Positions 50,689 to 63,911 of a stretch of 64,000 bases of DNA are shown here, piece after piece. Source of the stretch: Octopus vulgaris. Taxonomy: Eukaryota. The notes below the pieces were generated by a model. It saw only the letters and a list, made by a program, of their open reading frames with translations, did not search any database and was not told where the DNA came from. The stretch is taken from positions 32,302,001 to 32,366,000 of the forward strand of contig OX597833.1 of NCBI GenBank assembly GCA_951406725.2, read 5' to 3'. Every line of letters begins with the position of its first letter. The first letter of the stretch is position 1. Made by a program: the position numbers and the translations under genes.

Positions 50689-50819
50689 AGATAGATGCTA
50701 AATGTTTTTATTTTTCATTCCCTCCAGAATTTATCCCTCATAGTGGTTTGGACTTTAGCTGTTCCTTCTAGCGTGCAAGGAATCCTACGATGGATACCTC
50801 TTATGTGTTTAAATGTAGA

Positions 50820-50898
<79 letters not shown>

Positions 50899-50963
50899 GG
50901 TCCCGGTTGAGTCGGGGTTAACCACAGTAAATAAGGTACTCAATACATAGCAGAGTAAATTAA

Positions 50964-51034
50964 TTTATTTTATAGAAGGAGCTTCTACAGGACTAGAACT
51001 GTTCTAGTCCTGTAGAAGCTCCTTCTATAAAATA

Positions 51035-51036
<2 letters not shown>
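50964..51036. repeat. Perfect palindrome, 36-bp arms with 1-nt loop, made from the 14968-15310 element
   Basis: TTTATTTTATAGAAGGAGCTTCTACAGGACTAGAAC-T-GTTCTAGTCCTGTAGAAGCTCCTTCTATAAAATAAA. Confidence 0.95.
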
Positions 51037-51105
<69 letters not shown>

Positions 51106-51120
51106 TATATGTATATAATG

Positions 51121-51342
51121 GAACAAAAACGCAATAGAGGACTATAAAACATTTGGACAGATAGACGATACAAAGGTGGGCTGGAAGAACAACAATTAGG
51201 ACAGGGGAAACAAGGTCGGGGTCATTCGTGGCATTCTTTCTTCAGTCAAGGTACCAAATATCGTAATTATTGTTTTTCCCTGTCTGCCTTTGTATCGTCT
51301 ATCTGTCCTGATGTTTTATTGTCCTCTATTACGTTTTAGTTC
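51121..51342. repeat. Imperfect foldback, same family as 52460-53460
   Basis: GGACAGATAGACGATACAAAGG is mirrored by CCTTTGTATCGTCTATCTGTCC. Confidence 0.85.
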
Positions 51343-51395
51343 AATTTTTTATATTTATATATACATATAGTGGCATAGGTACACACTTGTGCTCA

Positions 51396-51474
<79 letters not shown>

Positions 51475-51479
51475 ATACA

Positions 51480-51644
51480 TGAGGTGCAGGAGTTGGTGTG
51501 TTGTAAGAGGGTTGCTTCTCAACCACATGGTTCTGGGTTTAGTCCTACTGTGTGGCAGCTTGAGCTTGTATCTTGTAGTATAGCCTCGGGCCGGCCAATG
51601 CCTTGGGAGTGGATTTGGTAGAAAGAAACTGAAAGAAGCCCGTC

Positions 51645-51712
<68 letters not shown>

Positions 51713-51865
51713 AGGTATTTGCGTGTCTGTATTTGTCCTCCGTTGGCGTGTTTACGTCCATGTAACCTAGCGGTTCGGCAAAAGAAACCGATAGAATAAG
51801 TACTAGGCTTACAAATACGTCCCGGGGTCAAATGACTAAAACGAGTGAAAGAAAAAGAATAAAAA
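51480..51865 (+). mobile_element. SINE family 1 copy
   Basis: Head, central TA/TG tract and shortened tail. Confidence 0.85.
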
Positions 51866-51875
51866 GTGTGTATAT

Positions 51876-51963
<88 letters not shown>

Positions 51964-52019
51964 CGGAGATGTACTTGCATAGCAAGTGATTTGATCTGAG
52001 ATCGTGTGCTGAAACGAAA

Positions 52020-52229
52020 ACAATTGTAGCGTGGAAGGTGTTTGTAAGCCATTTAAGAAACACACAAAAGCCGTTCGATTCACTTCAACATTTAAGTTTA
52101 ATTTGTCAGTGAACAGGTTGCGGTCTTAGAGCGACGAAATTATTTTGAGAAATTAAACTTAAATGTTGAAGTGAATCGAACGGCTTTTGTGTGTTTCTTA
52201 AGTGGCGTACAAACACCTTCCATGCTGCG

Positions 52230-52234
<5 letters not shown>
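52020..52234 (+). repeat. ~89-bp inverted repeat closing an HHR-like loop (52102-52152)
   Basis: Arms 52020-52108 / 52146-52234. The loop reads TCA-GTGAACA-g-GTTGC...GCGAC-GAAATTATT-T-TGA. Confidence 0.85.
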
Positions 52235-52293
<59 letters not shown>

Positions 52294-52340
52294 CATATAT
52301 ATATATACATATACATATACATATATATATATATATACAT

Positions 52341-52392
<52 letters not shown>

Positions 52393-52459
52393 GTACATAT
52401 ATATTACACACATGCATACATACATATATATATATATCTCCATAATCTGGAATAAGAAT

Positions 52460-53460
52460 GTAACAGACGACAATAAAACCATATGGATAGATAGACGATA
52501 CAAAAACGGACAGGAAAAAAACAAGGACGGCTCATTCGTGGCCTTCTATTCATCAGTCAAATTTCCAAATTATCATTACAGTTTCGGCCTTTTACACTTG
52601 GGACTGTTCAAAATTGGCTGGCCCCAAAAATCTAAGCTAAAAGCATTAAATTTTTGGAAGAAAGCAAGCGAATGTGTACAACACATACAAAAACAAAACG
52701 AGAAAACGGTGAAAATGTTACTCGGCTAGAAATACAAACAAGAGAATAACAAATTTCTTTCGACTAAGAAGGATGAATCAAATTGAGCTGGCGTGTGAAG
52801 TGAACACTTTCATGTACAAACATAAATGAAAGTCAGGAGATAGGAAAATAAGGGGCGTGGGAGGCGGTCGGGCCTAGAAAGAATGATTATGCTTAGCCGA
52901 ACACTGGTCACGTAGAAGGAAGAGAGAGAGGTAGAGGACAGAGAGATTGAAGAATTAGGTATGGAACTAGAGAGAGAGAGAGGGGGGGAGGGCAGAGGAA
53001 AAGGTACAAGGGAGATAACGAAAGAACGTAGAGATATTAAAGAAAGAGAATGCCAAGAAATGTGAGAGAGAGGGAGCGCGAAAAAGAAACGAGGAAAGAA
53101 AGAAGAAAGTATGAGGACTAAAAGAAGGAGTAAAAAAGTCGTACAGAATTTAGATACATACATACAAAAAGTGTACGTACACCGCTATGTGTATATATAA
53201 ATCCAAAGAATGAAATCAGAAGGTAACAGACGACAATAAAAACATACGGACCGATAGATGATACAAAGACGGACCGGAAAAATTGAGGACAGATCATTCG
53301 TGGTCTTCTATTCACCAGTCAAATTTCCAAATTCTCATAATAGTTTCGTCCTGTTTCACTTGAGACTGTTCAAAATTGGCTGATCGCCCAAAAAACTAAG
53401 CTAAGAGCATAACATTTTTGGAAGAAAACAAGCGAATGTGTAAGACAACAAAGATGAAAC
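52460..53460 (-). mobile_element. Direct-repeat element (52460-52702 / 53223-53460), pLTR-like
   Basis: ~240-bp diverged direct repeats around a purine-rich spacer. The minus strand of the repeats carries CTGATGA/CTGGTGA and TGAACA-GTC..GAC-GAAA. Confidence 0.6.
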
Positions 53461-53505
53461 TATGTGAGTGTGTGTGTCTATCTATATATGTATATATATA
53501 CATAC

Positions 53506-53555
<50 letters not shown>

Positions 53556-53621
53556 ATGTGTATGTGTGTGTATATACATATATGTATATATATGTATATA
53601 TGTGTATGTAGATATATATAT

Positions 53622-53784
53622 AGTCGTAGGAATGGCTGTGTAGTCCGTAGCTTGCTTACGAACCACATGGTTCCGGGTTCAGTCCCACTGCGTGGCACCT
53701 TGGGCAACTGTCTTCTTCTATAGCCTCGGGCCGACCAAAGCCTTGTGAGTAGATTTGGTAGATATAAACTGAAAGAAGCTTGTC

Positions 53785-53852
<68 letters not shown>

Positions 53853-53973
53853 GGTTCCGAGTTCAGTCCCACTGCGTGGCACCTTGGGCAACTGTCTTCT
53901 TCTATAGCCTCGGGCCGACCAAAGCCTTGTGAGTGGATTTGGTAGATATAAACTGAAAGAAGCTTGTCGTATA

Positions 53974-54022
<49 letters not shown>

Positions 54023-54475
54023 GGTTCCGAGTTCAGTCCCACTGCGTGGCATCTTGGGCAAGTGTCTTCTGCTATAGCCCCGGGCCGACCAATGCCTTGT
54101 GAGTGGATTTGGTAGACGGAAACTGAAAGAAGCCTGTCGTATATATGTATATATATATAAGTGTGTGTGAATATGTTTGTGTGTCTGTGTTTGTTCCCCT
54201 AGCATTGCTTGACAACTGATGCTGGTGTGTTTACGTCCCCGTCACTTAGCGGTTCGGCAAAAGAGACCGATAGAATAAGTACTGGGCTTACAAAGAATAA
54301 GTCTTGGGGTCGAGTTGCTCGACTAAAGGCGGTGCTCCAGCATGGCCGCAGTCAAATGACTGAAACAAGTAAAAAAAAAAGAGTATATATGTACGTTTTT
54401 GGCCTCCCAACATCAACTAAAGGCGGTGCTCCAGCATGGCCGCAGTCAAATGACTGGAACAAGTAAAAGAGTAAA
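53622..54475 (+). mobile_element. SINE family 1 with triplicated head segment and duplicated tail
   Basis: ACATGGTTCCG.GTTCAGTCCC...GTCGTATATA starts at ~53666, 53849 and 54019. Tail ACTAAAGGCGGTGCTCC occurs at 54322 and 54416. Confidence 0.9.
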
Positions 54476-54497
54476 AGAAAAAGAATATTATATATAT

Positions 54498-54554
<57 letters not shown>

Positions 54555-56486
54555 CGCGTATAAATCCTGACTTTTAATGGTCAAGTAGAATAATACCATC
54601 TGCATATTATTCAGTAACGTTATTTCTTATTAGACGCATAATTATTACCCCTATTTTAATCCCCATTACCCTAATTAACCCTTGATATTTATATAATTTT
54701 AAACAAATTCTGATCGTTACATTTCATCTCCAACTCATCTTATTATAATACAATAATATATAACATCACATCCATTGCTAATTCCACCGTACTTATACTC
54801 TATGGAACTCACATATATCCAATGTTTTTACCCAAACTCTAAAACTTAATTCCAAACTCTATTATCAATTTACTATGCAATATTTGTTAGCCAATTCCAA
54901 TGTTTTCCTCCATATATATATATATATATATATATACATTGAAACCATAAATTGTATATTAGTTTTCAGCAGCATATTCAGTACTCCACCACTAAGAATT
55001 TTCAATATTAAAGACACCCATATAACCCACATTTTAAACCCATGATAATAGTATACTTATTAAAACGATGATTATATAAACCTTATTCAATACCATTATA
55101 TAGGTATAAATTTAATTTGTTGACCTCTCTATTTTGAAATTATAACATTCAAAAATTTACCCAAAATTTTACTTATAAGCTATAATACCTATTTCATTGT
55201 TAAATAGAATATACATATAATTATCATTACTAACCTTCAATTTATATTTTTTAATGCAACCCCTATTTTTACGGAAAATGCTGTTAATATCTTTTATTTT
55301 CTAAAATCTTATAATCCAGCATCAATGATTATTAATACTTTTAATGTATATACATACGCAACTCAAAACTACAAGTTTGTATATATATTTCCATTTATCC
55401 CCAAATCTTATAGATATATTTCTCTAGTAAAACACGATACTTTTTCATCATAATAAACACTGAGAGGCTTAGCTATATGAACAAAGGGAGATTACTAGCG
55501 ACTACTCGTATAATCTGACGAAACAAAAAGCTGCATAACTGTTTAAAAATCTTTTCGTTTCTCAACGTAGTCTTTTTATATACCTAATATATTTCTTTTT
55601 CCTTAGATCAACGGAAAGTATATCCTAATCCATTCAAATCCTAAATAATAATAATTATTATAACTTTTCTCAGTATAACTTCTAAAAAACAATATCGTAG
55701 TATAATATATACAAACTTTTCATCCCTTCATTTTTTTTACATTTCTTAATCTATTTTTTTTGTATCTTATACCCCTCATGATAAGTTACATCTGTCTTTA
55801 TCCCATTTCTCTCCAATTTTATCCATTTTCGTTATTTCCCCCTTCATGGAGTCCACTTTTTTCTCTATAAATTTTTTTCTTCTCATAAATTACTATGTAA
55901 ACAATAACTTTTCTACCAATATTGGAATACATGTTAGTAAATGCGAATGATGAATAATTAATAGTTATAATAGCATATATAGTACTCCTTTTCACTTTTA
56001 TTGCCTTAGGTCTTTTGTGTGCCCCCCTTCTTTTTTATATTTTATCCCTCGTTCTGTCCTCAATACCTTTGGCTGCCCCGCCATATTATAATTAAACATT
56101 GATATATATATATATTTTCCAAATACATTGTGGTGTTTTAAAGAAATTTCAACGATCAATATCTAATCGCAAGAACCCGGTGTCCTAATAAATTGTTGTT
56201 TACATTTGAATATTTCAAAATATAGTCCTCAAATTAGTTATTTCGTAATTCAAAGCCGGAAAATATACTTTCTATCCCTGAAGATAGCCGACAGAATATG
56301 GTCTTTCACATCTAAAATCGTTTGAATGATGACGATTCAAGCATACTGTCGGATATGTAAGTTTTTTGTTATCTTTTTGGCTGTTGTTTTTTTTAATCCA
56401 ATCTCTTTATTCTTCTATGTATAACTTTTTCATTCCATTACTTTTTCATTGTGGTACAAACAAAATGAACCAAGCATCTATTATAT

Positions 56487-57092
56487 GTGTTGTGGTCTCA
56501 AGAAAAATGGCAAACGGTGCATTTCAGTGATGAATCTAAGTTTATGTTATTTGGCTCAGATGGGAAAAGGTACGTTCGTCGAAAAGTAGGTGAAAATTTG
56601 TCGCCTAAATGCCTTAAGACTAATGTTAAATTCGGCGGAGGAAGTGTCATGATTTGGGGGATGATATCTGGAGATGGTGTGGTCCCTTTGGTGCGATTAC
56701 ATGGAAAGTTAAATGCAGGAGTTTATAAACAACTTGTAAAAGATCATGTCTTGCCTGTGCTGAGAAATTCAACTAAGCGACCACCCATATTCATGCAGGA
56801 CAATGCCCCATGTCACAAGGCTAAGGTGGTCATGAACTTCCTCAAGGCTGAAAAGGTTATTGTTATGGATTGGCCTGCTCAAAGCCCAGATCTCAATCCT
56901 ATTGAAAATGTGTGGAATATTCTAGGAGGACGTTCGAAAGCCAGAAATCCTAAAACAACTGAGCAATTATGGAATGCCCTTCAGGAAGAATGGAATAAGA
57001 TCACCCAGCAAGAAATTGCAAATTTAATTTCCTCATGCAGTCGAAGATGTCAAAGTGTGATTGAAGCTAAAGGGCTTCACACTAAATATTAA
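56487..57092 (+). CDS. Tc1 (DD34E) transposase catalytic domain, 5'-truncated
   Basis: Motifs FSDESKF, GGGSVMIWG, QDNAPCH and WPAQSPDLNPIENVW. Confidence 0.9.
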   Translation: MLWSQEKWQTVHFSDESKFMLFGSDGKRYVRRKVGENLSPKCLKTNVKFGGGSVMIWGMISGDGVVPLVRLHGKLNAGVYKQLVKDHVLPVLRNSTKRPPIFMQDNAPCHKAKVVMNFLKAEKVIVMDWPAQSPDLNPIENVWNILGGRSKARNPKTTEQLWNALQEEWNKITQQEIANLISSCSRRCQSVIEAKGLHTKY

Positions 57093-57355
57093 ATAATTCT
57101 AGTATTCTCTGTTATTTTTGATTATTTTGTTATTTTTTCAACCGTTCTGATCATTTTGGCCACCATGAGTTTTGCAGTAAATCACTAAATCATTCATAAC
57201 TTTTGTATTATCCTCTCAAATTACACCAAAATCTGAGACAATAACAATTAATATCGTATTTATTGTGAAAATTATAGAATATAAAACAACTTTCATAAAA
57301 AATTATACCTACTTTTCTCACGAAAACAATGCCGTTCTGAACTTTTTGGCCGCAA

Positions 57356-57358
<3 letters not shown>
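56487..57358 (+). mobile_element. Tc1-like element, 3' half with IR/DR-type terminus
   Basis: Ends CAACTG|TA. Inner repeat CCGTTCTGATCATTTTGGCC (57141-57160) and outer repeat CCGTTCTGAACTTTTTGGCC (57332-57351). Confidence 0.8.
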
Positions 57359-57440
<82 letters not shown>

Positions 57441-57466
57441 CATATATATATGTATATATGTGTATA

Positions 57467-57790
57467 TCTATAATATAAATCCCGTTCTGTCTGTATGTGT
57501 GTAAAAGATTATAACGGTCGTATTTTTCAACTGATTTTCTACAAATTGGGGATATACATTCCTTATATTCCAGAGATGGTTTTAGACGCTTAAAATCTTT
57601 CACATAATGGGGCCAGAAAACACCCGTTCCTGGGATATGAGGTGAAGGGAGGTGACTCTTTACAAAGTAACTTTCAGGAATAGATTGTCTTCCTTACGAT
57701 TGGTCATAAAAAAATATTGCTTTTCATAATAGATTCACGAAAGGTTTTAAAAATATTCACTTCAGATTTTTTAGCGTCAGTGAGGTCTAA
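57467..57790 (+). mobile_element. Helitron-like 5' fragment
   Basis: A|TCTATAATATAAATCCCGTTCTGTCTGTATGTGTG. No 3' end seen. Confidence 0.45.
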
Positions 57791-57859
57791 ATCTCTCTAT
57801 CTATATCTCTCTATCTATTTCTATCTATTTCTATCTCTGTATGGGTACGCTAAGATATG

Positions 57860-58445
57860 GGGGAATGAAAGCTGCTCAATTCGATCTTTGACGAGCAGGG
57901 ACGCGTCTTACTCGAATCCAAGCAGTTGCGTACAGAATTTCAGCGGTACTTTGCCGAACTATACTGAGCGCGCGACAAGTCGAAGATAGGAGTGGATTTC
58001 ATCTATCTTGGTCGCATGCCGCACCATTTGGCTAGGAATGCGGGTCCCGAAGACATACAGGACGCGATGATGACTTGCCCCAAATGTCTTCGGGGTTGGA
58101 TGGTCTGTTCCTTCGAGTCATACGTTAAACATTTTTGGTGATCTCCTGGTTGATGTTTACCATAACTGGCAGCATAACGGGAGAATTCCCAGTGTTGTGA
58201 GCCGTAGCGTGGTGGTACTGCTAACAAAGGACTCGAACAAGGAGGACCAAATAGATCATTTTAGTCCTGTAGCTCTGTTGAAAGCAGATTACAACATTTT
58301 GAGCAAAGTGCTAGCCAAAAGGATAGCGCTTGTCATCGATAAACTGGTCTTTGATGCGCATCGGTAGGGCCCTGATCAATTTGGATCGACCGAAAGCTTT
58401 TGATTGGGTCGACCACCAAAACTAAGAGGCTGTCTTCGCGGGAAT
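57860..58445 (+). mobile_element. Old decayed fragment of a Tx1-like ORF2, related to 43816-47211
   Basis: Encodes VYHNWQHNGRIP..VSRSVVVLLTKD.NK...IDHFSPVALLKADYNILSKVLAKR, versus VYANWQQNGLIP...FRPITLLNTKLKILAKVLSKR in the intact copy. Confidence 0.8.
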
Positions 58446-60089
58446 AAAGGTATTAATAAAGCACTTAAAATAGCAATTATAAAGTGAAAGACGCTATTGA
58501 TGTGTATATAAATATATAAAAAAAGCACATATGGATGGGAATACGTTTTTTAACGAAGATTGATGGTTTAAACTAAAACTGCTTGAAGTTTACGATAGGA
58601 AAAACTTCAAATAAATGGATAAAAATACACAATGAAAAGAAAATAGTAGAAACTCTGGAAGATTTGGTAGAATTTTCGGTAAATGGTAAAAAATGCATGT
58701 CCAAGATATTGGTATAATGCACGAAGGAAATAAAATAACTAAGATGAAGTTAGTAAAATGCCAGATGTTACGCGCACGGGACAGATAAATAAAATGGCGG
58801 ACTTGGCACTCACACGCACACGCACACGCATACACACACACACACACACAGATACACACAGATACACACAGATACACACAGATACACGCATACACAAACA
58901 CACATAAACACACACACACACACGCACGCACAGATACACGCACATGCACGTAAACACAAACACCAAATATCTATTTCTGTGTGGACGAACAAATATAAGA
59001 TCGACCTGGTACGTAGCTCGTCTCATTATATTTTCCACACACGATTAAATCCAACGAAGTAATTAGAAAGTTTATATCTAATCATAGTTGATTAGAAACT
59101 TGGATTCGGCGAAACTAATCAGTCTAGCTGCATTATTGGTCATATTCTGAAAAGGTGATTTAATTAAGTAAATAGTCGTGCACTCCACAGCACTTTACGA
59201 AAATTAAAAATATAAAGCATACCTTTTCTTTTTTAATAAACAAAATTTAAACCTCAATGAAAACCAAACAATATGGTTGTACCGCTGATTTTCTTTGTTT
59301 GGTAGCAGAAAAATCTGATCAGTTTGAAATATTGTGAGACTTTCATGTTATTAAGTAAAAAAAAAAGAAAAAGATAAAAGAAAAAATGAAATACCAGTCA
59401 AGCACTTGAATCAATTTAATAAAGTATCCTAGACATGAATGGGATTATGATAAAATACTACTGCTAAATAGTTTGGGCGAAAGTAGGAAGGTAATGGATG
59501 TCTGTTCATAATGCAAAGCTTAATATTTTCACTTAAACAATTTCTTAATTTTGAAAAAAAAGATCGCCCAAAAAACTTTGAAATGTGAAGTAAGTTGTAT
59601 AGCAAGCGCAGAGAATACAGCGTGACAAAGTTGCGATGGCTTCAGTGATAACCAAATAATGCTATAAAACTCATACAAAGGCAGTGCTTGGCTATTTTAT
59701 TCCCGTATTTTAAATTTAATTCAGCACACACAACATGCAGTTTCTGTCGATGTATTCGATATACATTTCTTTAACATACATATGAAATAAATAATATATA
59801 TCAGATGGCCACAGGATAACATTTTTTCTTCCAGCGCTTCTTGAGTGTCAACACAAGCGTACTGTATGACTCAAGGCGAAAGATAAGTGTAGTGACTCTA
59901 ACCGAAGATTGAAACTACATCACGTGCTCGGCTCGATTCAACTGTCGACAGAACATTCATCCACTGTACGGCGCTCAACTTTATTTTCTTAACTTAATAA
60001 ACACAAACTCCCATAACGAACACGTATACATTAAGTATTATACATACATTGTTACCAAATATGCTTTATTAACAGTTACGTATCACATG

Positions 60090-60214
60090 TTAACCAACAA
60101 TGCCGTTTTCCTTTGCATTTAAATACTTCTTTATCCATGTCATAAAGGGCCTTATTCGAGTGTAAACCCCTGGTTGTTTAGGTAGTGCACAACCGAGACC
60201 CCAACTTGTCACAC
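60090..60214 (-). CDS. Trypsin-like (S1) serine protease, last coding exon
   Basis: Acceptor ACACAG|GT. Encodes (G)[40 protein letters not shown]. Phase 1 matches the upstream exon. Confidence 0.92.
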
Positions 60215-60954
60215 CTGTGTAAATATTAAATGAATAAATAAACAAATAGAATACAATGAAAGTAACAAAACAAAGCAAATGTTAAAAGAAGCCATAAAAA
60301 CATACGGATGCAATGCATGTCAAGAATGAGCAAAGGAATAATCAATGAATTATTTACACATGGTGGTCTTAAAGGAAGTTAAATATGCTGAGGTAGAGGC
60401 ACAGAACAAAAGAGAGTTCCTACATAGAATAATAAATTATTTTCACACCGAAACTATATATACTCTTCTATGGCGTGATTGTTACAAGCTGGACTGAAAC
60501 ATCCTGAATTGTTAGGTTAGCCACCACAGATCAGACTCAATATCCACCCCAGCATATCTTCATTTAGGCTTTTAGTCAATTTAGACTCCCTTGCCTCTCG
60601 TGAAAACAATTTTTATTGACGATATTTACTCTGCTTCTTATTACAACATGATTTCTGTGATTAAAAATTCTTTAATTGTTAAGTACATTAACTGTTATCC
60701 GTACATAGCATTGAATTTTAGATCTTTATTTAAACACACTCTTCTGCTTTTGGTCGGATTTTCAAATTACATAATGGTTAATCTACTTCTATGGAGTTGT
60801 TTCTAGGATGGTTATATCCTACTTTTGTCTATTACTATCAGCACTCTTATTATTTGCACCAGCGTCATAATTTCCACCCAGAGTTCATCTTAGTTTTCTA
60901 CTATTTACATCAAGGGTGCTTTATATAAAAATTAAATTGAGCACAATGCTTGGT

Positions 60955-61080
60955 CGGTACTTATTTTATCATCTCTGAAAAGATGAAGGCAAAGTTCACC
61001 TCGGTAGGATTTGAACTCAAAGCGTAAAGACTTTATTGTAGGCAGTTTTGACTGACGTTCTAACTATTCTGCCAATCCAA
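60955..61080 (-). mobile_element. Degenerate SINE family 2 fragment in the protease intron
   Basis: GGTACTTATTTTATC...GATGAAGGCAAAGT..ACCTCGG..GGATTTGAACTC. Confidence 0.6.
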
Positions 61081-63156
61081 CGAGCACTCGAAACAAGTGA
61101 TGATTCGAATCAAGGAATAACAAGGAAAAGGGGAGTATAATTCTGACATTCATGATTCTTCTCACATGCATTAGCAACATAAACGTTGCATAGAAAAGCA
61201 CAGAATCCCCTGAAGAATGCAAAACGAAGAAAAAATGTAAGTAGTTGATATTTTGGATTTGAAAATTTTAACGATCTCTAAATCGTGAATTCTAATTTAA
61301 CAGGAAAAGATAATACCGAACTACCTACTAACCAGAATTCGTAATTTGTCTGTCTTCTCTCTCATTAACAAACAGTAGACCTCGGTTCAATCAAAAGAAT
61401 TTAATAGATAAGATTATAATTGTTAATCAATACGATTATAATTTCTTGAGGTTACATCCTTTTATAATCAATGCTCGTATCAAACAGTGGTTAAACAAAA
61501 ACTCTTCTCCGGCATGGGGATATTCAGTCAACTTAAAAATTAATTAGCAATTTCACATTCTACAAATATTCATCACAGGCGTTTATGTAGATCTGAATCT
61601 TTTGTCATAGCTTGTGTCATGAGCTATAAGCTGTCTCAGAAAGAAAGAGACGCCCAAGCGGTGAGAGTACCATATAATCAGCAGAAAGGTTCCTGATTAA
61701 TATACTGTTATCATCTCCACATAATGTCTTTGGTCAATACATTGAGCTCTAATGCAACACAGTATACCTAGCCATAAATAGGCAGCGCTTTAAGAAGTAA
61801 CTTTATAAGTAGCGTTAGCACTGCTATATTCATCAAATTGAACTACTGTGTTCAACTCCCGCTGATACTCTGATATTCAAGAGCAATCAACTTGAGGCCC
61901 CAAATTGTCATTGCCAGATTTCACACTGGATCTGGAGTTAGGGAATGTAATTACAGTTGGCAAATAATAGCTGACATCTGTTTCAAAGCTCATTTCACGT
62001 TCCTGCTTAATACGCCGTCACCTGGTTAAACGCCTTTGGTTTGGGTATCTCTAGCAGAGTCCACTGCTGTGGATAGCTTGATATGTTGATATCGTTATAT
62101 CTTCCCAACAAATGCGTGTCATGTTTTCTCCCGTTCTTTTTCAATGGAAACTCTGTAAAAGATCATAAGCTTGGCTATTCCTCTGATAATTGGAATCGTA
62201 AAATAATATATATGAAAATAAAGTCTTCAGTGTAATCCTTGCAACTTAATATATTATGGGAATTACTCTCACCATCAGACTGTGAGCTGGTGGTAATTGC
62301 AAGAGTTTTGACGGATGTAGAGCCTAGTCAAACGACAAGAGACACTTCATTTAAGGAAGAGGAAATTGGTGCACGAATACAGTTGACATATAGAGATTTC
62401 GATAACTAGAAATAAGTTTTCTTTTTAAAACTAAAGACATACTATTACAATGATATAGATTTAAACATATCTACAATTACTTTTGAAAGAGAAGCTATAG
62501 CTGGAGGATATCTGACTTGTTAGAAATTTTGTAATCGACTGCCGAGTCTGGCTGGTGACCAAAAGGTTACTATCTTCGTTCCAAGATATGCCACATTCGT
62601 TAACAGGGCGCTAAAGTACTGCTTGTAGGTTTTTCAATATGAGCAAAGGAATTCAGTAGAGCGTGTCGACAAATCGGAAGTGTTGCAATGACTTACAACG
62701 GTGAATGATATATTGTCTTTGGATACATTCTTGCAGCTACGTGGGCATAGTAAATGAGATCTAAGTGTGTTAGCTGTATGTACAACAGTGAATCTGAGAG
62801 GGTACAAACATTCTATCTCTCAGATCAACATCCGATCCAACTTTGCAACACGTCGCTTCATGATTTCAAAAAACCAATATGATACCAGTATATCGTTCGG
62901 ATTGACTGAAACTGGTAGTTAAGTAAATTGTTGAAGGATACTATATAGCACCAATAAAAGAACACAATGCCATGAAGCAACTTATTTATGCAGCCGTTGC
63001 AACAAAGTCTTCAGCAACGTAGACAGCCGTATTTTGACAGAAAGTGAGATAAAACAAAGCAAAATACATAGACAACATTGAATTGAAACTCTTGATCTAA
63101 TGTTATGAGAGCCCGATAGCATATCCGCTTGTGGCGATATGAAGACAAGTACTTAC

Positions 63157-63211
63157 CTGAAAGTATCCATTTTCCATTGTTATTACACACCATGGGACCA
63201 CCGCTGTCTCC
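63157..63211 (-). CDS. Trypsin-like serine protease exon with the catalytic serine
   Basis: Acceptor CTCTTTCAG|, encodes GDSGGPMVCNNNGKWILS+G, donor |GTAAGT. 55 nt, phase 0 to 1. Confidence 0.93.
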
Positions 63212-63911
63212 CTGAAAGAGAACGATATATGCAGAAAACATTACAAATAGTAAGAACAGATAAAGACATACGAGGGGAAATGGGAATAAATGGAGAGGGA
63301 GCAGTTAAGAGGTAGATAAATCATCTTATGAAAATATAAGGTGAAGGTAGCATATAGGAGATAATAGAACCCTTTTATTATTTTATTCTTTTATTTGTTT
63401 CAGTCATTTGGCTGCAGCCATACTGGAGCACGGCCTTTAGTCGAGCAAATCGGTCCCATGACTTATTCTTTTTAACATATCAGTGGTAATACCATACAAC
63501 AGTAGAAGCAGAAACAGCTATTTGATGGAATGCAGTCTATTCGTTTTGAATTAATAAATAATAATTGATGTAAGTCAATTGTTGTTCATCGACATTTCTA
63601 CATTTTCTACCTTCTTTAAATTTTGATTCTTGATAAACTCATGTTTATCCTTGTCTTTACCTATAATTTATGAGCATAATATGTTCACATATGTATGCCC
63701 ATGGTTAAACTTAGCTAATATACATGTAGTGTAATGGATACTTCTATCCCCTAAACGGTTATTTTAAATTCTAACTCAGTTATCCTATATATATGTATTT
63801 ATGTATTTGTTTGTGTTTGTCTCCCCACCATCATTTGATAACTGATGTTGGTGTGTTTACGTCTCCGTAACTTAGCAGTTTGGCAAAAGCGATCGATAGA
63901 ATAAGTACTAG

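Noticed and set aside
54600-56100. Very AT-rich tract resembling mitochondrial DNA or another pLTR element
   Set aside because: I could not find mitochondrial genes or tRNA folds, and CTGAGAG...GACGAAAC at 55460-55523 does not fold as a hammerhead.
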